Positions 55,144 to 64,000 of a stretch of DNA of 64,000 nt are shown here, one piece after another. The DNA is taken from positions 211 through 64,210 of the IMG/VR virus record IMGVR_UViG_3300023211_000126. The stretch is one strand, 5' to 3'. The notes beneath the pieces were generated by a model. The model did not search any database. It was not told the origin of the DNA and saw only the letters and a program-made list of their open reading frames with translations. The DNA comes from a virus. Both the position numbers and the translations under genes were made by a program. Numbering within the stretch: position 1 is the first letter of the stretch; the number at the start of each line of letters is the position of its first letter.

Positions 55144-55938
55144 ATGACAGACCTTGCGGCCCTGCGGTCAGCAAATGCGGTCCGCTGGGTGGACGCAAAG
55201 CTCACGCGGGAGAAGGACTTCCATGCTCCGGCAGTGAAGGCCGTCGCGAACAAGCAGACCTATCGCGAGATCGAAGCGCACACCGGTGTCCCATGGGCCT
55301 TCACGGCACTCACGCATTATCGGGAGACATCGCAGGATTTCTCCCGATCGATCGCGCAGGGTGACCCATGGAACAAGCGCTCAGTGCATGTCCCGGCCGG
55401 GCGGGGCCCGTTCTCTTCCTTCGTTGACGCTGCGATCGACGCCTTCGTGAACTGCTCGCCTTATGCGGCACGAAATACGGATTGGTCGATCGCCGGCATG
55501 CTGACGCTGCTCGAGCGTTACAACGGGCTCGGCTATGCCAATCGCAATCTGCCCTCGCCCTACATCTGGGCAGGCACGGATCAATATCACAAGGGCAAAT
55601 ACGTCGCCGACGGCAAGTTCGATCCGAATGTCGTCGATCAACAGCTTGGGTGTGCCGGTCTTTTGCTCGCGATGTCATCGCTCGACCCGACGATCACGCT
55701 TGGCACAACCGGGCCAGTCGCCGTCGATATCCCGAAAGACGGTCTCTGGCTGCAGAACGCGTTGAACAAGCTCGGCGCTGTGCCAGTCCTGCAGGTCGAT
55801 GGAATCGTCGGTCAGGCGACGCGGCTCGCCGTGAAGGCTTACCAGATGCGTAAGGGGATCGCCGCCGACGGCGTGGCTGGCGCTCTGACACTCGCGGCCA
55901 TCGACGCCGATCTCAAGGCCTTACCGGCCGCCGCGTAA
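55144..55938 (+). CDS. Endolysin (lysozyme-like domain + PG-binding domain)
   Basis: HYRETS...QGDPW...ERYNGLGY...SPYIWAGT..Y..GKYVADG; C-terminal LQ.AL...VDGIVG..T..AV..YQ...ADG. Confidence 0.85.
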   Translation: MTDLAALRSANAVRWVDAKLTREKDFHAPAVKAVANKQTYREIEAHTGVPWAFTALTHYRETSQDFSRSIAQGDPWNKRSVHVPAGRGPFSSFVDAAIDAFVNCSPYAARNTDWSIAGMLTLLERYNGLGYANRNLPSPYIWAGTDQYHKGKYVADGKFDPNVVDQQLGCAGLLLAMSSLDPTITLGTTGPVAVDIPKDGLWLQNALNKLGAVPVLQVDGIVGQATRLAVKAYQMRKGIAADGVAGALTLAAIDADLKALPAAA

Positions 55939-55968
55939 GTAGACGCCAATTACTCAATAGGAGGAGTT

Positions 55969-56319
55969 ATGACTCAAGATCAAGTCGATGCCTACATTCG
56001 AACGGCCTGCACGATGATCGGCGGCATTCTGATGACGAGCGCGGGATGGACATCAGAACAGGTCGCCAGCCTGACGACCGGCGTGCTCGGTGTGTCCGGG
56101 CTCATTTTCCTTGGCATCAGCCTTTACGGCTCATGGAAGGCGCATTCGAGCGCAGGCATCGCCAAAGCGGCCGAGCGCAGCGTGAGCCCGATCGACAAGG
56201 CCAAGATCGCAGCATCCTTGCCCAATACGACCGTCGTCACGACGCCTGAGATTGCTGGCACGACGCCAGAGGCGAACATCGTCTCCAATGAGACGCACGT
56301 TGTTCAGGGGCTCGCATGA
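55969..56319 (+). CDS. Holin-like membrane protein
   Basis: Two TM segments, follows endolysin, AGGAG RBS. Confidence 0.65.
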   Translation: MTQDQVDAYIRTACTMIGGILMTSAGWTSEQVASLTTGVLGVSGLIFLGISLYGSWKAHSSAGIAKAAERSVSPIDKAKIAASLPNTTVVTTPEIAGTTPEANIVSNETHVVQGLA

Positions 56320-56582
56320 TCAACGTCTTCTCCATCCTCGATATCGCCGAAAGCTTCTTCGAGGACGAAGGCTTCAAGCAGGTCTTCAAAGATGGCCGCG
56401 TGCTCTATGGCGTCTACACCGCCATTGTGAACGCCGGGAAGTTCTCGCCGTCAGTCATGGTGAAGGATAGTACGCTTTGGCCGGTCATCGAAGCGGTCAA
56501 CCGTGCCACGGACGCCATGCTCAAGATGCGGGCCGATCCTGTCAAGAAACAAGAGATCGAGACCGAGCTTTCTAAGGTTTGA
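56316..56582 (+). CDS. Hypothetical protein
   Basis: ATGA-coupled. Confidence 0.6.
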   Translation: MINVFSILDIAESFFEDEGFKQVFKDGRVLYGVYTAIVNAGKFSPSVMVKDSTLWPVIEAVNRATDAMLKMRADPVKKQEIETELSKV

Positions 56583-56640
56583 TCTTCCAAAGGTTCCCGC
56601 GTCGGCCGGGTTTGCCGACACCTTTCGAAAGGACATCAAC

Positions 56641-57054
56641 GTGAAAACCAACGCCAAGATCTTTGGCCTCGGCCTCTCTGTGCTCGCTGCGGGTTCGCTC
56701 GCCGCCTGCACCACGGAACAGGAACAGTCCGTTCTCAACACGCTGAACACGCTCTGCAGCGCGGCGCCGACCTTTGTAACGGTCGTTTCCTCACTCACAG
56801 GCGCCTCGGCTTTTGCTGGCACACTCGGCACGGGCGCCGGCGTCGCTTGCGATCAAGGCGTCAAGCTCGTTCAGGACGCCATTGATGCGATCACTGCTGC
56901 CGGCGGTACCGCATCTGTCAGCGTCACTTCTTCCGATCCCAGCGCCGCGAAGTCGTTGAAGAAAATGGCCGCCAAATATGGCGTCCTGGTCAAGACGGCG
57001 GGCAAGACGATCACCTTCCAGGTGCCTCCGAGCACTGGGCTCTTCGGGCTCTGA
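56641..57054 (+). CDS. Lipoprotein (possible spanin-like)
   Basis: Lipobox LAAC after basic/hydrophobic leader. Confidence 0.7.
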   Translation: MKTNAKIFGLGLSVLAAGSLAACTTEQEQSVLNTLNTLCSAAPTFVTVVSSLTGASAFAGTLGTGAGVACDQGVKLVQDAIDAITAAGGTASVSVTSSDPSAAKSLKKMAAKYGVLVKTAGKTITFQVPPSTGLFGL

Positions 57055-57082
57055 CGCTCTGAAACACTGCAGCTGAAACGCT

Positions 57083-57102
57083 CCGCCTTCGGGCGGTTTT
57101 TT
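57083..57102 (+). terminator. Intrinsic terminator
   Basis: CCGCC-TTCG-GGCGG-TTTTTT. Confidence 0.8.
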
Positions 57103-57125
57103 ATTGCCTGAAGGAACACCCGAAC

Positions 57126-57884
57126 ATGGACCATAGCCAGATGAAATTGGGGAAACGCTCTGTCCGTCACGATCCTCGTGTCAGGGCTATGGTCTCCTAT
57201 CTTCCCTCAACCCTTGGGGCTCCGCCTGATCTCGTGAACTGGGCACATGGCATCAAGGATTGGGGCATGATGCGCAACGACGAGATCGGTGACTGCACGG
57301 CCGCGGCCGTGGCGCATCTCGAGCAGGCGCATACAGTCAACACACGCACTGAATGGACGGCGGCAGATGCGCAGGTCGTCCAGTTCTACTCGGACACGAC
57401 TGGCTACGATCCGAAAGACCCGTCGACGGATCAGGGTGGCGTCGAAGTCGACGTCCTGACCTATTGGCTGAAACACGATTTCTGCAAGCGCAAGATCGTC
57501 GGCTTTTCCGCGATCAATCCTTCCAGAACGGACGCTGTCAAACACGGCATCCATCTATTCGGCGGCCTCTATACCGGCGTTCAGCTTCCCCTCAGCGCTC
57601 AAGATCAAGACGTCTGGGACGTGCCGCCGCGCGGCGCCTTCGGTGATGGCAAGCCGGGATCGTGGGGCGGCCACGCCATCTATTGCGTTGCCTATGACAA
57701 GGACGGCGTCACCTGCGTGACTTGGGGCGCGCTGAAGCGCATGACCTGGCGTTTCTGGCAAACCTACATGGACGAGGCCTATGCCGTCCTGACCGGCGCG
57801 TGGATCGATAACAAGGGCGTCAGCACGTCCGGCTTCGATCTCAAAACCCTCGAGCAGCACATGCAGGAGCTTCGCGCGGCATGA
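57126..57884 (+). CDS. Papain-like (C1-type) cysteine peptidase
   Basis: ND.IGDCTAAA (Cys), GGHAI..VAYD (His), VTWG. Confidence 0.78.
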   Translation: MDHSQMKLGKRSVRHDPRVRAMVSYLPSTLGAPPDLVNWAHGIKDWGMMRNDEIGDCTAAAVAHLEQAHTVNTRTEWTAADAQVVQFYSDTTGYDPKDPSTDQGGVEVDVLTYWLKHDFCKRKIVGFSAINPSRTDAVKHGIHLFGGLYTGVQLPLSAQDQDVWDVPPRGAFGDGKPGSWGGHAIYCVAYDKDGVTCVTWGALKRMTWRFWQTYMDEAYAVLTGAWIDNKGVSTSGFDLKTLEQHMQELRAA

Positions 57885-58264
57885 GCGGGCCGGTGCGCAA
57901 ATGGGTCGCGCGTGAAAGTCTGACGCTCGCGATGATCCTCGGCGGCTTTGCGCTCATCGTCCTCGTCTTGAGCCAGGTGCCAGCGCTTCCGGCCGAACGC
58001 TGCATGGCGAGCTTCTACGGCGCGGAGAGTGGACACCGTACCGCTTCTGGCGAGCGCTTCGATCCTCGCGGCATGACCGCGGCGCATCGCACAGCGCCAT
58101 TCGGTTCGATCATTGGCGTCAGAGCATACGGCCGGGAGATCCGCGTCCGGGTGAATGATCGCGGACCCTTCGTCCGTGGCCGCTGCATTGACCTGGCCCA
58201 AGGTGCTGCGCGTCGGCTCGGCCTGCGTGGTTCGGATCTTGTCGAGATCGAGAGGCTGCAATGA
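57881..58264 (+). CDS. rlpA: RlpA-like (DPBB) lytic transglycosylase
   Basis: ASFYG...TASGERFDP..MTAAHRT.PFG...VRVNDRGPFV.GR.IDL. Confidence 0.92.
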   Translation: MSGPVRKWVARESLTLAMILGGFALIVLVLSQVPALPAERCMASFYGAESGHRTASGERFDPRGMTAAHRTAPFGSIIGVRAYGREIRVRVNDRGPFVRGRCIDLAQGAARRLGLRGSDLVEIERLQ

Positions 58265-58800
58265 AGATGCCTTCTCGGCTGCTCGATTGCTTTCGGCTGA
58301 GCCGCCGCGCTTATTTCGCCGACTTCCTGATCACGCCGCCGATCACGCTCGCGCTCGCCGTCTTGTCGGTCCGTGGGCATGGCATCATGGCTTGGGTGGC
58401 TCTGCTCGGGCTCGGATGGTGCGCGTGGACGTTCTACGAATATTGGATGCATCGGCTTGTCCTGCATCATCTCGTCTTCTTCCGAGAATTGCACGGTCTG
58501 CATCACGGCAATCCGCGCGCCTATATCGCCCTCCACCCGTTGGCGACGATCATCATTTATGCGGCGCTCTGGATGATCTTCGGCGTTCAGAGCAGCACGT
58601 TCATGGTCGGGTTCTCGCTCGGCTATATCGTCTACTCGACGCTGCATACGATCTTCCACTATGCGCCGCGCGCATCGGCTTGGATGCCTGACCTCCAACG
58701 TCGCCACGTCCTTCATCACAGATTCCATGTCGCAAATTTCGGTGTGACGACAGGCTTTTGGGATCGCTTCTTCGACACGGAAATCAGGAGAATGGCTTAG
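58261..58800 (+). CDS. Fatty-acid hydroxylase / sterol desaturase family membrane enzyme
   Basis: His boxes EYWMHRLVLHH, HGLHH, HTIFH, HVLHH; NFGVTT.FWD..F.T. Confidence 0.88.
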   Translation: MKMPSRLLDCFRLSRRAYFADFLITPPITLALAVLSVRGHGIMAWVALLGLGWCAWTFYEYWMHRLVLHHLVFFRELHGLHHGNPRAYIALHPLATIIIYAALWMIFGVQSSTFMVGFSLGYIVYSTLHTIFHYAPRASAWMPDLQRRHVLHHRFHVANFGVTTGFWDRFFDTEIRRMA

Positions 58801-58991
58801 TGAAAACCGTCTTAATCTTGATCTGCTCGATCTACATGCCTATCGACCATTGCGACAAGCGGACAGCCGTCGACGTGATCTACAGGCAGGTGCCATTCGG
58901 CAACATGGGAATGGCGGCACAAGTCGAAGCAATCGACGCCAAGCTGGGCCCCGATGTCTATCACTATCAGAAAATCGTAGCGAGCCGCTGA
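58800..58991 (+). CDS. Small hypothetical protein
   Basis: ILICS......C....A pattern; coupled. Confidence 0.5.
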   Translation: MKTVLILICSIYMPIDHCDKRTAVDVIYRQVPFGNMGMAAQVEAIDAKLGPDVYHYQKIVASR

Positions 58992-58994
58992 AGA

Positions 58995-59798
58995 ATGCCA
59001 GACGAACACCGCTTCAGAAACCAGCGCCGTGATTCTCGTGACCTCGGCGCGATGGAACAGCGCGTCTATGATGTCGAAGAAGACGTCAGGGCGACTCGTA
59101 AAGAGCTCAACGAAAAGATCGACCGCCTCTCGGACGGCACCGCCAAGCAGATCAATGCGCTTGCAAACTCGACACAATCACAGATCGAGGGCGTCAGAGC
59201 AGACGTAAGTTCGAAATTCGACAAGATCTTTGACAAGCTTGATCAGCAACAGAAGACCGTCGTCGAGAAGGCTGGAACGCCGTGGTTTGCAATCATCTCT
59301 TCTGGCCTTGGTATCATGACGGCCTGCGTCACGATCGGCGGCGTTGTCGGCCATATGGCAATACAGCCGCTTTCTGATGGCATTATGCAGATCGGCAGGG
59401 TTATTGAGCGCCAAGCCGATGCGGCGGACGCCAGGTTTGACCGCGTTCTCGATGCAGTTGAAAAGCTCCGAGATACGCGCGTGCAGCCAGAGGCTTATGC
59501 CGAGTATCAGAAACGCATTGATGGCGCGCTTTCGCAGCAGGAGTCCGATCGCATCCGCGAGGCCACTCGGATCGAAGGTGAAGTCAAAACGATGAGGGCC
59601 GATCTCGTCTCACGCAGCGAGCACATGACGCATTGGGAAAACACCGAAATGGCTCAGCGACGGCTCTCAGACCGGATCGAGGCTGTGCAGAAGGAGATCT
59701 CTGGCGCTTATTCAATCGGCGACCAACTCAAGAACTTGCAGACGCAGATCGAGCAGCTTCGAGAACGTCAGGGCGTGGGCTCGGCACCGAGAAGCTGA
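58995..59798 (+). CDS. Coiled-coil protein with central TM segment
   Basis: Heptad-rich; WFAIISSGLGIMTACVTIGGVVG. Confidence 0.7.
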   Translation: MPDEHRFRNQRRDSRDLGAMEQRVYDVEEDVRATRKELNEKIDRLSDGTAKQINALANSTQSQIEGVRADVSSKFDKIFDKLDQQQKTVVEKAGTPWFAIISSGLGIMTACVTIGGVVGHMAIQPLSDGIMQIGRVIERQADAADARFDRVLDAVEKLRDTRVQPEAYAEYQKRIDGALSQQESDRIREATRIEGEVKTMRADLVSRSEHMTHWENTEMAQRRLSDRIEAVQKEISGAYSIGDQLKNLQTQIEQLRERQGVGSAPRS

Positions 59799-59839
59799 TT
59801 TAGTATTTTGCTCAACGTTTAGCCTTACCGCCTTCGACA

Positions 59840-61750
59840 TCAATCTCCGAAAATTGCTTCAACTAATAGACGCGCAAAAAAATCAGATCCTTCGTGTGAG
59901 AAATGGTGTGTATCATAATGAAGCGGTATATCTCCGACCGCCAATTTACATTGCGGCTTGCAGAATAGTTCTTCCGTTGAAAAATATTTCACTTTATGAT
60001 TGTCCTTTAGGTGTTGTTGAATTGCCAGTTCATTCGGAAAAAAGCGCGGAGAACGATCGTTTTCCTCCGTATCGTCCAAATTGCCGTTCATCCGCCTTCT
60101 TGCTAAGATGATCGGAACATAGTCTTTGTAGTAAATTGGTGGCCCGACAATTATTACGCGGATTCCTGCGCTGACGATCCGATTCAATTCTTTGTCAAAG
60201 AGATCGGCTTCCGAATTGAAGTCTGGCCAGATCGATCCCATCACAAGTGTGTCCGGCTTCACTTTTAAAATTTCAGCAAAAGCAGCGTCATTGAACGGCT
60301 TGCAATTCGGGCGCACTGGAATTTCTACACCAACTATAGGCTGACAACCCGAAGATGTTAGCTGCCCGAATGTCACTCCACGTTCGGTCAGCGCGTGTTC
60401 AAGACCCAAGGCATAATGCGCCATAACGCTATCGCCCCAGATGACAACATCTGGCTTTCGATGCGGCATGCAGGTCTCAACATCAATATTGACTTGGTTT
60501 TCTCGCAGGAAGCATGTCCCCTCCCTGAACACATCTGCATAATGATAAGTTTTGTAAGCCAGAATCTTATTTATCTCGGGGCTTAATCTGTTTGGGAAGC
60601 CGCCGAGTTTTATGGCGGCAGATGCCGCTCCGATCATGATGAATGCGCATAGGGAAGCGGCGGACCAAAGCGGGATCGACGTGTGGAGAACGATCTTCGT
60701 GCGAAATGGCTGCTCTATAAATTTGTAGAGGGCTGCTGCTGATAGGAGAGACAGGGTTCCGCAAATCCAGGCGAAAGTCACAGGCGCGATATTCGGATGA
60801 GCCATCTTCATAAAGACGACGATGGGCCAGTGCACCAAATAAAGAGGGTATGAGATGCCGCCAACGATGACAAAAGGGCGCCAGCTCAAGAAACGAATAG
60901 GCGCGGTTTGGATGAACTCACCGCCATAAATGATGAGCGCCGTACCGAGGCACGGGAAGAGTGTTAGGTAGCCTGGAAATGGCATGCCTTCTTTGATCAG
61001 AAGCATGCTTGCAACGATTGCGATGATCCCCAAGCCAGCGGAAGCCGCTGCGATCGTTGCATCTTTCGGAAAGCGCATTTGTGGCAGAGCGAGCATGCAT
61101 CCCGTCAAAAGCTCAAAGGCTCTAAATGGTGATCCATAGAAGGCAAGGGCCGGGTCTTTGTGGCGAACGATGATGCAGGCAACGAATGAGACTGCCGCTA
61201 AAATCAGGATTGTAACTACACGGGCTTCCTTGCGGAGCCAATGCACGCATATAAGCATGAGCGGCAGGAAGATGTAGAACTGTTCTTCAACACCAAGCGA
61301 CCAATAATGGAGGAGGGGAATCCTTATAGCTTCCGGCGCGAAATATCCGGAGAGCGAGTAGAAATAAAAATTCGAAACAAAAAGCGATGATGCAATGACC
61401 GACTTTGCATAATCGACGAGGTCGGTATCAAAAAGCCTGAAATAGGCGACGACGGTTGTCGCGATTGTAACGGCTGCAAACGCAGGAAATATTCTACGCA
61501 ATCTTCGCTCGAAAAATTGGCTCAGTGAAAACTTTCGAGCATCGATGTCTCGATAGATTGATTTCGATATGACGAAGCCGGAAATCACAAAGAAGACGTC
61601 GACGCCGACGAAGCCTCCCGGCAGCCAATTCGCCCCGAAGTGAAAAAGCAAAACACCCATAACGGCGATCGCACGAAGACCATCGATATGAGGGCGGTAG
61701 CGTGGTGTTTTGTGAGAGGCAGTGCCAGTTTCAGGAGTCAATGGGCCCAA
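59840..61750 (-). CDS. OafA/OatA-like O-acyltransferase (Acyl_transf_3 + SGNH)
   Basis: YRPHIDGLRAIAV, GGFVGVDVFFVISGF, HYWSLGVEEQFY, SY.LYL.HWP, WGDS...DTHH. Confidence 0.92.
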   Translation of the reverse strand: MGPLTPETGTASHKTPRYRPHIDGLRAIAVMGVLLFHFGANWLPGGFVGVDVFFVISGFVISKSIYRDIDARKFSLSQFFERRLRRIFPAFAAVTIATTVVAYFRLFDTDLVDYAKSVIASSLFVSNFYFYSLSGYFAPEAIRIPLLHYWSLGVEEQFYIFLPLMLICVHWLRKEARVVTILILAAVSFVACIIVRHKDPALAFYGSPFRAFELLTGCMLALPQMRFPKDATIAAASAGLGIIAIVASMLLIKEGMPFPGYLTLFPCLGTALIIYGGEFIQTAPIRFLSWRPFVIVGGISYPLYLVHWPIVVFMKMAHPNIAPVTFAWICGTLSLLSAAALYKFIEQPFRTKIVLHTSIPLWSAASLCAFIMIGAASAAIKLGGFPNRLSPEINKILAYKTYHYADVFREGTCFLRENQVNIDVETCMPHRKPDVVIWGDSVMAHYALGLEHALTERGVTFGQLTSSGCQPIVGVEIPVRPNCKPFNDAAFAEILKVKPDTLVMGSIWPDFNSEADLFDKELNRIVSAGIRVIIVGPPIYYKDYVPIILARRRMNGNLDDTEENDRSPRFFPNELAIQQHLKDNHKVKYFSTEELFCKPQCKLAVGDIPLHYDTHHFSHEGSDFFARLLVEAIFGD

Positions 61751-61821
61751 CCGTCGGTTCTTCTCTAGAAGATCGCCTGTATAGACAGGGTCTGCGATTT
61801 ATCCCAGCATGAACATGGCTC

Positions 61822-62763
61822 TTATTCCAGCCCGGCGAAGCTCGAATGCCGGAGTATGCCGTCTTCGGTGAGATCACGGAAGGCGACATTCGCCTTGAGC
61901 AGCGGCTGGCACCATCTGGCACCCTTGATCCGTAAGCCAACGATCGGCGCCTTGCTCACCTCGATACTATCAATCGCGCGTTTGAGATCGGCCGCGACGC
62001 GTTCTGAAAAGCCGGTCCCGACGGAGCCGCGATAAGTCAGGCCGACGCCTTCCTCACTCGCAACATGCAGCGCGCCGAGGCCGCCGTGCTTGCCGGGCTG
62101 ATAGCCGATGATGGTGTAGGCCTGATGCTTGATGCATTTGACCTTGAGCCAGTCCTGCACGCGGCCTGAGCGATACGGGCGGTCTCGCCGCTTCGAGACT
62201 ATTCCCTCGAGCTCATGCTCGCAGGCTATGGCAAAGACGCGCGGGCCAGGCGCAAGAAGCTCTTCGCTGAAACGGATCGCATCCGGTGCGCCGGCGATGA
62301 GACCTTCGAGCACCATGCGCCGCGTATCCAGCGGCCAGTCCCTGATATCGAGCCCGTCGAAGAAGAGCAGGTCGAAGACGAAAACGACTGCCTCATGCGC
62401 GCCGCTGGCCTTCAGCGCGGCCTGTAGTAGCCCGAAGCGAGATCGGCCGCGATCGTCGAGCACGACAGCTTCGCCATCGATAACGGCATTGCGCACGGGT
62501 AGCCCGGCGGCGGCCGTCGCGATCGCCGGAAAGCGATTCGTGAAATCGAGGCCAGTGCTCGAATAGATGGTGACCTTGCCATCGTTGATCGCGATCGAAA
62601 TGCGGTATCCGTCCCATTTGATCTCGTGCTGCCATTCCGGGCCCGGCGGCGGCTTGATGACAAGCGTCGGCTTGCTCGGCGAGATCCAGCCGGGCAGCGG
62701 CGCGTCGAAGTGAAGCGCCTCGCCACGCACATCAGCTTTGCTGGGTCTGACAAATTTCGCCAT
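61822..62763 (-). CDS. ATP-dependent DNA ligase (LigD ligase-domain-like)
   Basis: HEIKWDGYR, IDGE, FDLL, EGIVSKR, WLKVKC, VGTGF. Confidence 0.92.
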   Translation of the reverse strand: MAKFVRPSKADVRGEALHFDAPLPGWISPSKPTLVIKPPPGPEWQHEIKWDGYRISIAINDGKVTIYSSTGLDFTNRFPAIATAAAGLPVRNAVIDGEAVVLDDRGRSRFGLLQAALKASGAHEAVVFVFDLLFFDGLDIRDWPLDTRRMVLEGLIAGAPDAIRFSEELLAPGPRVFAIACEHELEGIVSKRRDRPYRSGRVQDWLKVKCIKHQAYTIIGYQPGKHGGLGALHVASEEGVGLTYRGSVGTGFSERVAADLKRAIDSIEVSKAPIVGLRIKGARWCQPLLKANVAFRDLTEDGILRHSSFAGLE

Positions 62764-62896
62764 CCGGCCAGCATAGCCGATCGTAATTAATGACATCCCC
62801 TTCGCCGGTCTTGTTCAACCGCTTTGAGACCTCTGCGATTAGCCTGCATACGGGCCTTCTCTTATCCCCGATATCCACGCCTCGCATCGGCTATCC

Positions 62897-63280
62897 TCAG
62901 CGCTTTTGATCATCCTTCGACCGTTCCGCGACCGTCCGGATTCCCTGCCTCAAGGTAAGATGAGCACGAGGACGCTGGATGCAGGCTTCATCGAAAGCCG
63001 CACGGGCAATAATCCCATGGCTTGATCGGGCCAAGACTTCTTCAATCCCGCCTTTGTCATTCCAGACTTCGACCTGATAGCCTCCCCATTCATCGCGGGG
63101 GCCATCCACGAGATCGGCATAAAGCCGCAGAGCTTGGACGATCATCCGTGTGCTTTGCTCGGTTAGAATAATGCGCTTGCCCGGCGGATGAGCTTCAAGG
63201 CGCGCGGCGAGATATCTGACGTCATTCATCGTCATGGTCTTCAAAGAGACGAAGCGTTGCACATACTGGCCTTTGGCCAT
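62897..63280 (-). CDS. Hypothetical protein
   Basis: 127 aa; VEVW......EEVLA......ARAAF...R.GIR. Confidence 0.7.
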   Translation of the reverse strand: MAKGQYVQRFVSLKTMTMNDVRYLAARLEAHPPGKRIILTEQSTRMIVQALRLYADLVDGPRDEWGGYQVEVWNDKGGIEEVLARSSHGIIARAAFDEACIQRPRAHLTLRQGIRTVAERSKDDQKR

Positions 63281-63571
63281 CAGAATCGCCCGTCGGCCAT
63301 GATCCGATCGCCCTGGACATAGATGCGGCGTTCGAGCGGATACGGGTCGAGCAGCGTCTCATAGCCGATCATGACGTCGGTCTCTGTCCGGCGACCGCAA
63401 TCCAGACATTGCAGGCGCCCGAAGTGTGGAGGTCAGCCGCTCGGAATACGGGCGGCGGTCCAGAAAGATGCGGCCGTTACGGCGGCAGATCAGGCATGTC
63501 ACGAGCAGATATTGCCAGCCGTTTTCCGTGGCCTCGGCCACCGTCTGTGGAGGCTCATTGAGGGATCGCAT
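63280..63571 (-). pseudogene. Frameshifted small Zn-ribbon gene
   Basis: First CxxC (CLIC) in frame 1; second (CLDC...ADGRF-stop) in the +1 frame after ~63430, with its TGA overlapping the next ATG. Confidence 0.6.
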
Positions 63572-63584
63572 AGTCGCGCTCTTT

Positions 63585-63599
63585 GTTCCGACTTTGTTC
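63585..63599 (-). promoter_or_regulatory. LexA (SOS) box
   Basis: GTTC-cgacttt-GTTC, 13 bp upstream of the 63571 start. Confidence 0.75.
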
Positions 63600-63738
63600 T
63601 TATGCCGGAACGCGGATCGAGAGTCGAATCTGGATTGGAAAAGTGGGACACTCCGCTAATGGTGCCCTCTGGACACGACTGGTTTTAAAGGAGTAGAGAA
63701 AGTGTCCAACAGCGTGATTTCAGGCTCTTTATCTAGAA

Positions 63739-63753
63739 CCTCCTCTCCTGCCA
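63739..63753 (+). other. Putative attR core: tRNA 3'-end fragment (Trp-like)
   Basis: CCTCCTCTCCTGCCA ending in CCA; arm-like AAAGTGGGACA / AAAGTGTCCAA just upstream. Confidence 0.6.
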
Positions 63754-63871
63754 CTTTTCGCAAACCGCCGCGTTCGAAAAGCCGTCACATTCGAAAAGCC
63801 GCTACCGCCAACATACCGAAAGCGCGATTTAGACTTTCCGCTGTCTTTTCAGCTTTTGGACGAGATGCGAT

Positions 63872-64000
63872 ATGAGCGGCAAGAATCCCAAAACCGAGCA
63901 GCCGAAAGTCACCGTGTCCTTCAAGGACGCGGAGGGCAAGCCGATCAATATCGAACTCTCGCTCGATGATGCCGAGGCACTTGGCATGCAACTCATCGCG
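63872..64000 (+). CDS. Partial hypothetical protein outside the prophage
   Basis: Own translation MSGKNPKTEQPKVTVSFKDAEGKPINIELSLDDAEALGMQLIA, open to the window edge. Confidence 0.35.
   Translation, partial: MSGKNPKTEQPKVTVSFKDAEGKPINIELSLDDAEALGMQLIA

Larger units (their letters stand above)
1..63753. mobile_element. Temperate prophage with contractile tail (myovirus-type), nearly complete; left end lies just outside the window
   Basis: Ordered int/xis, recombination, cI/cro, replication, terminase, portal, capsid, sheath, baseplate and lysis modules; tRNA-like 3' end at 63739-63753. Confidence 0.95.

Noticed and set aside
61822-62763. Complete NHEJ system
   Set aside because: Ligase domain only; no Ku, polymerase or phosphoesterase domain seen.
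9880-63753. CtrA boxes (TTAA-N7-TTAA) in phage intergenic regions
   Set aside because: None found by eye in the intergenic stretches examined; not exhaustive, and a PWM scan is needed.

Overview
The window is almost entirely one ~64 kb temperate myovirus-type prophage in an alphaproteobacterial host. The host class is inferred from CtrA, GcrA and GapR homologs and GTTC-N7-GTTC LexA boxes. Left to right it contains: integrase (cut by the window edge) and excisionase; a leftward early operon (helicase, RecT/YqaJ, J-domain protein); the cI/cro switch with visible operators; and a rightward early operon (GapR, RusA, GcrA, helicase-methylase fusion, CtrA, C5 methylase, DnaB, initiator with iterons, NusG paralog). 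These are followed by a structured ~600 nt leader, head/neck/contractile-tail genes, an Arc/Arc/antirepressor insert, tail fibres, an expanded lysis cassette, an O-acyltransferase moron, an SOS-box-led ligase cluster and a probable attR (tRNA 3' end) at ~63.74 kb. The standout is a phage-encoded CtrA with Glu at the phospho-acceptor position 51 (a natural D51E), an altered acidic pocket and a non-canonical C-terminus, in one operon with GcrA, GapR and two DNA methylases. This looks like a host cell-cycle takeover module. All family calls come from motif recognition by eye; no database searches were run.
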